Assembly: GCF_006345805.1 (NCBI RefSeq)
Contig: NW_021835007.1
Location: 1-43,823 of the forward strand
DNA from: Octopus sinensis
Taxonomy: Eukaryota
Reading direction: 5' to 3'
DNA: 43,823 nt
Of the stretch, positions 35,590-43,823 are shown one piece after another. Made by a program: the position numbers and the translations under genes. The notes beneath the pieces are model-generated. The model did not search any database and was not told the origin of the DNA. It worked only from the letters and a program-made list of their open reading frames with translations. Each line of letters opens with the position of its first letter. Position 1 is the first letter of the stretch.

Positions 35590-35590
<1 letters not shown>
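35370..35590 (+). mobile_element. Penelope-like terminal fragment: 142-bp palindrome (35370-35511) plus single-copy extension
   Basis: Near-perfect inverted repeat in which each arm carries a hammerhead motif. Confidence 0.7.
35448..35485 (+). ncRNA. Minimal type I hammerhead ribozyme; core-mutated mirror copy at 35396-35433 (-)
   Basis: Stem I CUGU/ACAG, CUGACGA (35452-35458), stem II AUG-ggaa-CGU, GAAA, near-palindromic stem III ACUC-u-GAGU and GUA (35479-35481). Confidence 0.8.
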
Positions 35591-35616
<26 letters not shown>

Positions 35617-35623
<7 letters not shown>

Positions 35624-36316
35624 TAAATTAGAGATAAAACCACTATTAGGCAAATCAAACAGTGAAAAACATGAACCAACTAAATAATAAAAAATAAATC
35701 GGAGTGGCTGTGTGGTAAGTAGCTTGTTACCAACCACATGGTTCCGGGTTCATTCCACTGTGTGGCACCTTGGGCAAGTGTCTTCTACTATAGCCTCGGG
35801 CCGACCAAAGCCTTGTGAGTGGATTTGGTAGAGACGGAACTGAAAGAAGCCCGTCGTATATATGTATATATATATATATATATGTGTGTGTTTGTGTGTC
35901 TGTGTTTGTCCCCCTAGCATTGCTTGACAACCGATGCTGGTGTGTTTATGTCCCCGTTACTTAGCGGTTCGGCAAAAGAAACCGATAGAATAAGTACTGG
36001 GCTTACAAAAGAATAAGTCCCGGTGTCGAGTTGCTCGATTAAAGGCGGTGCTCCAGCTTGGCCGCAGTCAAATGACTGAAACAAGTAAAAGAGTAAAAGA
36101 GAGAGAGAGAGTAATATAATATACAAAATATATAAAATATAAAATTTAAAAATTTAAATTATTAATTTTAATTTTAAATTTTAATAATTTAAATTTTTAA
36201 ATTTTTTATTTTATATTTTATATATTATATTGATTATTTTTATTTTTATGTTTTGGTTTATGTTTTTCACTGTTTGATTTGCCTAATAGTGGTTTTATCT
36301 CTAATTTAATTTATAT
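35617..36316. repeat. AT-rich palindrome interrupted by a SINE
   Basis: 35617-35700 joined to 36112-36170 is the reverse complement of 36170-36316. Confidence 0.75.
35701..36110 (+). mobile_element. SINE family B, full length; further copies near 29475-29840, 36470-36820, 37860-38395, 40965-41360 and 42567-42933
   Basis: Family B head, core and tail. Confidence 0.9.
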
Positions 36317-36418
36317 TTATACTGTGAAATTAGATTTAATCCTAAATCTAATTTTTCCCTGTAAGTTTGGATTTATTCCCTAATATTATTATTATTATTA
36401 TATATATATATGTATATA

Positions 36419-36467
<49 letters not shown>

Positions 36468-36829
36468 ATTATTTATTTCAGTCGTTAGACCGTGGTCATG
36501 CTTGGGCATTGCCCAGAAGAAATTTTAGTTAAAGGAATTGACATCAGTTGTTATTTTTTGTTAAGCCTAGTACTTATTTTGTAAAGTACTTATTTTGTAA
36601 AGTACATAAACATACCAACACCAGTTTGGGGGATGAACACGGAAGCAAAGATATCCCCCCACAAACACACACACGCATATGACAGGCTCCTTTCAGTTTC
36701 CAGCTACCAGATCCTCTCACAACCCAAGGCTATAGTGGAAGACACTTGTCCAAAATGTCATGCAGTGGGACTGAACCCGGAACCATGTATTTGGGGAGCA
36801 AATATCTTATCACACAGCCACATATGTAT

Positions 36830-36874
<45 letters not shown>

Positions 36875-36910
36875 TACACACATGCACACATACACATGCA
36901 AACACACATA

Positions 36911-37414
36911 TCTATATATATATAAAACTGTAGTTGTGTGAGTGTCTGTCCCCTTCGATTTAGATTCCTAACTCCTCCCACATTTTACGGTGCAGTTTAA
37001 CCAAATTCGGGTATCTTATAGTCGTGATTAATATCGGCCCGTCTGGGTACTAGCGTGCGTCTAACGATGAGTCTACGATTTTAAAAAAATTTAACATCAT
37101 TTTTTATTCCATTTTAATGCATAATTTTTCGTGTGTCGATGGCGGTGGTTGGCGTCCATGGTCACACCTGCACCTGTTGCTTTTCCCTTCTTCCCTCCCT
37201 CGTGAAGCTGTGGAAGGGAGTGTAAGGAATCAACGTCGTAAAGCGTTGTCAAGGAGACCAGCGTTCTGTTAGAACAACACTTCATGGCTTGAAGACAACC
37301 AAAACAAAATGGCTAAGAAAGCCCGAATGGAATCTATAAGGGAAGTAACTCTCTAAAAATGCTTATATAGTTATTTCCCTTACAAACCCGAGCAACGCCG
37401 GGCGATACTGCTAG
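36911..37414 (+). mobile_element. Non-autonomous Helitron (family H2: ends shared with H1, different interior)
   Basis: A|TCTATATATATAAAACTG...acaaacccgagcaacgccgggcgatactgCTAG|T. Confidence 0.8.
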
Positions 37415-38424
37415 TTTGTACATAAATGTGTAAGCATATGCATGTGTGCATGTGCACTTATGTGCATTTTCATGTTTGTGTTTGTGTTGCATCACTTAGC
37501 AACTCATGTTTGTTTACAAACCTGTAACTAAGCAGAAGAGGTAAAAAGACGGATAGGACAAGTAAGAGTCTTTGAAAAAAAATCTGGCACTTATCCTAAT
37601 TCTATTGTTTTCTATCTTGTTGATAAAAACTTTTCTTTTTGCTAGGTTTCCCCTAAGGTCTTTTATTCCAGCCTTTCCTCCCACGTTTGAAACATCTTTT
37701 CTAATTCTTTGACAGATTAAGTTATGAGAACTAGGTGAGTGACATACAGGGGTTCCCATGGAAAACCACTCTTAAATTCTTCTTTTATGGCCCTGAGAAC
37801 TATGTTAAATTGGTAGAGGCTGAAAACCAAGATGAACACCTACCTACATCCTTTATCCTTTACTTAATTAACTCATTAGACTCCAACCAGGTTGGAGCAC
37901 AGCCTCGAGGAAGTTTTAGTTCAATTTATTAACTTACCATTATATTGTAAAGCCTGGTACTTAAACTTTCGGTCTCTTTTGCTGAACCGCTAAGTTACAG
38001 GAGCATAAACACACCAACACTGGTTGTCAAGTGGTGGTGAGGGACAAACGCAGACACAAGGACACACACAGACACACACACCTTGGGCAAGTTTTTGTAA
38101 CTATAGTCCTGAGCCATCCAAAGTTGTGTGAGTGGATTTGATAGACAGAAATTAAAAGAAGCCCATTGAATATTTGTGTGTGTGTGTGTGCGTGCATATT
38201 TATATCTGGGATTGTCTCCTATCACCACTTGAAAACCAGTGTCCATTTGTTTAGGTCCCTGTAACTTAGCTGTTCAACAAAAAGAGACCAATAGAATAAG
38301 TTTGGGGCTTAAAAATTTGCTCAGCTAAACTCTTCAAGGCCGTGCCCTAGCATGGCTGCAATCCAATGACTGAAACAAGTAAAAGATAAAAGATTATACA
38401 TACACACATGCATACATATATATA

Positions 38425-40027
38425 CAGGGTGATCGCTAGAAAAGCGGAAAATTCATGAAATGCCGATTTATATTTTCACAAGATCTGTTTCAGGTAAACA
38501 ATATGCGTCTCAAAGTGTGATATCATACTAACACTCACAAATGCTCAAAATGTCTTCCATGCACTTTGTGACAGCATTTTAATCAAGAAATCCAAGCTCG
38601 TATGATATTTTGAAGTGTAAATTGAGTGATGTCATTCCAAGCTTTTATCAAGCATGTTTTCAATTCATCAATGACAGTTATATAGCATTGATATTTCTGT
38701 ATCTCTGCTAATAACAAGCTCCAGACACAGTTATCCATCACTTTTAAGTCTGGACTCTTTATTGCAATAAAGTGCAATAAAGTCAGGAGTAAATTACTGT
38801 GGAAACTGAACTGAATCCCTGACTGTGTCAGGTTTTGTGTCATCATGCTGCTATGTCAATGACTTGTCAACCATGACACTTTTTATATCATTGAACATTT
38901 GTGGACACATTTCCGCACAGTAAACTTGTAGGTTTCCAATTTTCTTCTTCCTTCCTTGAGGATTACGTAAATATCCTTCAATAAATCTTAGCTGTTTTTC
39001 CATGCCATCCAACTGCAGCATAACAAACCACTGATGGCTGTAAGTTATATTCCACCAGCAGCTCCTTCATCAAGTCTGTCAGCTTTCACATTCACATCTT
39101 GGTAAATGTGATCATGTTGTCTGTTCAAAGTGAAAACTTTGCTTCATCCGAAAACCATACTTTTCTCCAAGCATATTCTTGTTACTGTATTTCTGTTGAG
39201 ATCCTCTGTATTTATTTGAATTACTCTAAATATAACAAAGAATTTAGTAAAATAACTTAGTTATCATTAAGCTAGTGTTAGGAACATAAATTGAGACCCA
39301 GGTTTGGTGGAAGATTTTGATTCAAAACTTATGAAAACAAGACATTTGTACTACAGAGCCAGAGCTGGTTTCAGCTGGGTTGGTAATGAAAGGGTTAATC
39401 AGTGCAATCGACTTATTCACTTGCATTTCCTGATGTCAATCAGTGAGAATGTTAAATTTTATTCTTCAATAGCACTTCAGTTCACATTCTTTGAGAATTT
39501 CAAACACAGATGGTTTTGAAATATTGAGATGTTAAGCTATTTCTTGTTGACTTAAGTCTTTCCATTGTGCCTTGTCAAACAGGTGACACAGCTAAATTCT
39601 TAACTGTGTTACATGTTTCGTCTGAAATTCGTTTCTTTGGTCCTGTCCCTTTTTTCTGAGCACTAGCTGTTTGAGGTCCTTCTTGTTTCAAAGTTGCAAC
39701 AACAGTATCAAATTGATGCCTTGTGATAGTTGAAAAAAAGTTTGGCAACACAGTTAAATATTTAGTCAGTCTCCAAGTTGGATTTTTATTCTTGAAAAGA
39801 ACAATAATTTGTCTCTGAAAGTCTCCTAGCTGTTTCCTTCCTCAGCTTTCTTCCATGATGTGGGGTTCACTCAGAAGCAAATGGTGTCAATACTTGTTAT
39901 AATTAGGTGCTCATTTGATAAACAGAAACAACCAATCAGAAACCATCTGTCACACAGTTTATTGATGATCTAATTAAAGCTTGTTAGTTTTGCCTTTAAA
40001 TTTTCCACTTTTCTAGTGACCACCCTG
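38425..40027 (-). mobile_element. Complete but decayed Tc1/mariner DNA transposon with TA TSD
   Basis: TIRs CAGGGTGRTCRCTAGAAAAGYGGAAAATT at both ends, flanked by TA. Minus-strand fragments encode KVWFSDEAKF, AAVGWHGKT, SPDLKVMDNCVW and HGRHFEHL. Confidence 0.85.
39178..39398. mobile_element. piggyBac-like MITE nested in the transposase
   Basis: The right end reads ggtaatgaaaggg|TTAA, and the left end is degenerate (cttgttactgtattt). It interrupts the transposase frame. Confidence 0.5.
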
Positions 40028-40214
40028 TACATTCATATATGTATGTGTATGTATGAGTGCATGTTTGCGTGTGTGTATTTGTGTGTATGTATGTGTGTGC
40101 ATGCATGTCTCTGTTTATATATATATAAAGGGAAAGTTTACGAAAATAAACAAAAGACAAAGGCAGGTGGTATACAAACAAACAGATGTATTAGTACACA
40201 CACACACACACACA

Positions 40215-40249
<35 letters not shown>

Positions 40250-41475
40250 CATATATACATGCATATATATATATATATATATCATCGTTTAATGTGCTGC
40301 TAGCGCAGAAACGGACATTACACGATGATGATGATATATATAATATATTTATATATGTGTGTATATATATATTATATATATATGTAGTGTATATATGTTG
40401 TATATATTATATATAGATAATTATATAATATATATAAATCCCTAAATCCTTAAAAATGTTTCAGCCCAAAGGCTGTGGCCATGCTGGGGCACCACTGTTG
40501 AATGAGCTACACTAGTATGTGAAACCACCTCTGATAGGTGATATATATATATATATATAGATAGATAGATATCGGCATGGGAGCCAGTAACCCCTGCTAG
40601 TGTCACATAAAAAGCACTATCCAAATGTGACCAATACCAGGCTCATCTGACTGGCTCCTGTGCTGGTGGCATGTAAAAAGCACCCACTACACTCTCGGCA
40701 TGGTTGCACTAGGAAGGGCATCCAGCTGTAGAAACACTGGTTCTCCAGACCTCAGTCAAACTGTCCAACCCATGCCAGCATAGAAAACGGACGTTAAATG
40801 ATGATGATGATGATGATGATTATACGTATGTATGTATGAGTGTATAAATGTGTGTATGTGTTTGTGTATGTGTATGTGTGTATATATACAAATATGTGTG
40901 TGTGTTTGTGTATGTATGCATATATATATATATACACACACAAATATAAAATATATGCATATATAGGTGCAGGAGTGGCTGTGTGGTAAGTAGCTTGCTA
41001 ACCAACCGCATGGTTCTGGGTTCAGTCCCACTGTGTGGCATCTTGGGCAAGTGTCTTCTGCTATAGCCCCGGGCCGACCAATGCCTTGTGAGTGGATTTG
41101 GTAGACGGAAACTGAAAGAAGCCTGTCGTATATATATATATATGTGTGTGTGTGTGTTTGTGTGTCTGTGTTTGTCCCCCTAGCATTGCTTGACAACCGA
41201 TGCTGGTGTGTTCACGTCCCCGTCACTTAGCGGTTCGGCAAAAGAGACCGATAGAATAAGTACTGGGCTTACAAAGAATAAGTCCCAGGGTCGATTTGAT
41301 TCGACTAAAGGCGGTGCTCCAGCATGGCCGCAGTCAAATGACTGAAACAAGTAAACGAAAGAAAAAGAAAGAGAGATATATACTTATATGCTGGAGCACC
41401 GCCTTTAGTCTTTTGTTTATTTCCGTAAACCTGCCTTCGTCTTTTGTCTATTTTCATAAAGCTTCCTGTTATAAT

Positions 41476-41547
<72 letters not shown>

Positions 41548-41599
41548 CACATATATATGTAATATATATTATACATATATGCATATATGATTATGTAAG

Positions 41600-41675
<76 letters not shown>

Positions 41676-41927
41676 CACATATATATGTATATATATATAT
41701 ATACATATATGCATATATGATTATGTAAGTATATATATATATATATCTATATATAATATATATGTATGTATATATATTGAAGATTGTATGCAGACATCAT
41801 GTACTTTAGCTCTTCAAAGGGATCAATAGTTCATGATCTTAGTACTCTGCCCACTTGAAATTTAATTGGAATCTGTAATATGCCTTTTGGAATGTATATC
41901 AAGAATTGCAATAATTTCTCCTAACAG

Positions 41928-41990
41928 ACAGAACCCTTACTTAATGGCTTAGCTTGGCTTCAAAATCATTCCGGCATCAGAGCTATTGTA
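41928..41990 (+). CDS. Candidate 63-nt phase 0-0 coding exon, TEPLLNGLAWLQNHSGIRAIV, gene unknown
   Basis: Acceptor aatttctcctaacag and GTATGT donor, a length divisible by three, an open frame and a unique-sequence island. Confidence 0.45.
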
Positions 41991-42943
41991 GTATGTATGC
42001 TCTTTAGTTCTGTCGAGGGAGATCCTGTGTAGTTCTAGAACTGGTATTCTCAAACTCTTGGTCACGGACCAGTGGCAGGTCATGAACCATTTAGTATTAG
42101 GTCACACAGGAAGAAGAAAGCCATAAATATTATTTCTATTTCATTGACCATCACAATCAACAGAGTGTTTTTGTACATGTATTCATCATCATCATCATCA
42201 TTTAATGTCCGCTTTCCATGCTAGCATGGGTTGGACGATTTTGACTGTGAGCTGGCGAACCAGATGGCTGCACCAGGCTCCAATCTTGATCTGGCAGAGT
42301 TTCTACAGCTGGATGCCCTTCCTAATGCCAACCATTCCAAGAGTGTAGTGGGTGCTTTTATGTGCCACCGGAATGGGGGCTAGTCAGGTGATACTGGCAA
42401 TGACCTCGCTCGAATGTTTTTACACGTGCCAGTAAGGCGACACTGGTAATGATCATGCTTGAATGGTGCCTTTTACGTGTCACGGGCACAGAAGCCAGTT
42501 TGTCGTTCTGGCAACGATCATGCTCAGATGGTGCTCTTAGCACCCTACTATTATATATATTTTCTAAGGTGCAGGCGTGGCTGTGTGGTAAGAACCTTGC
42601 TTCCTAACCACATGGTTCCGGGTTCAGTCTCACTGTGTGGCACCTTGGGCAAGTGTCTTCTACTATAGCCTTGGGCTGACCAAAGTCTTGTGAGTGGATT
42701 CTGTAGATGGAAACTGAAAGAAGCCTATCCTATATTTGTTTGTGTCTGTATTTATCCCCCCACTATCGCTTGACAACTGATGCTGGTGTGTTTACACCAA
42801 CATAACTTAATGGTTCTGCAAAAGAGACCAATAGAATAAGTTCTAGGCTTACAAAGGGTCAATTTGTTCAACTAAAGTCAGTGCTCCAGCATGGCGGCAG
42901 TCAAATGACTGAAATAAGTAAAAGAATAAAAGAATATTGTAAA

Positions 42944-43383
42944 TCTATACATATAAAGCTGATGTTGTCTGTGTGTGTGGCAGGTTTGGTAGCCTTCAAC
43001 TAACACTATCTCCTCCGAGACCCTGCGGTGCAAGTTGACTAAAATTGAGAGTATGATAGAAGAAGGCTTGCTCTTCCTGCCATAGAAGAAAAAATTCAAA
43101 TCAGACCATGTTAAGACCAAAAATTATTTACATCAAAAAGGTGCTTTTTATCTATGAAAATCCCTATTTTTTACGATTTTTTTCACTGCCGTGTCGCCAT
43201 TTTTCGGTGTATTTCAATCATAAAAATGTTCATTTAAAGAGAATAACAAGCTACATAATGCAAATTTTTTACCTTCCAAAAAAAGAGTGAAACTATGTCA
43301 AAACTTTGTTAACGTGACATCAGAGTCTGCCGTTTTAAGCGCAACTAAAAACAAACCCGAGCAACGCCGGGCTATACTGCTAG
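42944..43383 (+). mobile_element. Non-autonomous Helitron (family H1 variant)
   Basis: A|TC...CTAG|T. The body matches 4363-4753, but the subterminal segment differs. Confidence 0.85.
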
Positions 43384-43823
43384 TGTAATGATAAAATGAT
43401 AAATACATATATGTTACAGTTTCATTATAAATTATGCATTTTATTGTGTTGTGTTATGTATGTAATCCTCCTGTTAGGGCCACCAAGAGAGAGGGATTCT
43501 GCTCTCACTTTGTTACGGGACCCAAGAACTATGTAGGGCCCCACAGCAGTCATGCAACATCTATCTCCCCTCAAAAAGAAGCACTTACTACATGCCCAGC
43601 CTCATATACTTACGTATTTTTATTAATATTTATTCTTCATTATTGTAGGACTAGTTGTATAGATATATGATGACACCAAGGGTGCCTACCTACAGACTGG
43701 GGCCCCAAAGTGTCTTGCCTCAAGTCCACAGAAAAATTGTCTGACATGAAACCAGCCCATGATGCCAAAATTGTTAGGGTCCACTCTTTTAGTGCGGCCA
43801 TGCGGAAGCACCACTTTTGTCAA

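Noticed and set aside
37646-37740. Plus-strand acceptors and a strong GTGAGT donor at 37735
   Set aside because: Every frame of the possible exons contains a stop. It could be non-coding, but nothing supports that.
39601-39640. Minus-strand GAAACATGTA-acacag, resembling a hammerhead 3' half
   Set aside because: There is no CUGANGA upstream, and it falls inside the Tc1/mariner transposase frame (ISDETCNTV).
2292-41720. Dozens of YI/HT/CV-rich and poly-K/E/S ORFs in the ORF track
   Set aside because: These are translations of (TA)n, (CA)n, (TACA)n and (TTC)n microsatellites or of SINEs.

Overview
AT-rich, repeat-saturated eukaryotic intronic or intergenic DNA. The SINE, LINE and microsatellite make-up points to an octopod cephalopod (Octopus sp.), which is an inference. 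There is no intact protein-coding gene, and almost all listed ORFs are microsatellite or SINE read-throughs. The window holds about 35 copies of at least four tRNA-derived SINE families, decayed R4/Dong-clade and CR1-like LINE pieces, RTE-like tail elements, four non-autonomous Helitrons, a Helitron helicase remnant, a Helentron-like element, Tc1/mariner fossils and MITEs. A 19-unit 81/90-bp minisatellite is built from a SINE-flank junction, and there are a few candidate isolated exons. The most striking signal is a cluster at 33.6-36.4 kb of fold-back elements carrying minimal type I hammerhead ribozyme motifs of the Penelope type. One of these caps a roughly 145-nt rod-like stem inside a circularly permuted inverted repeat. 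All structures and alignments were done by eye, and no database search was run.
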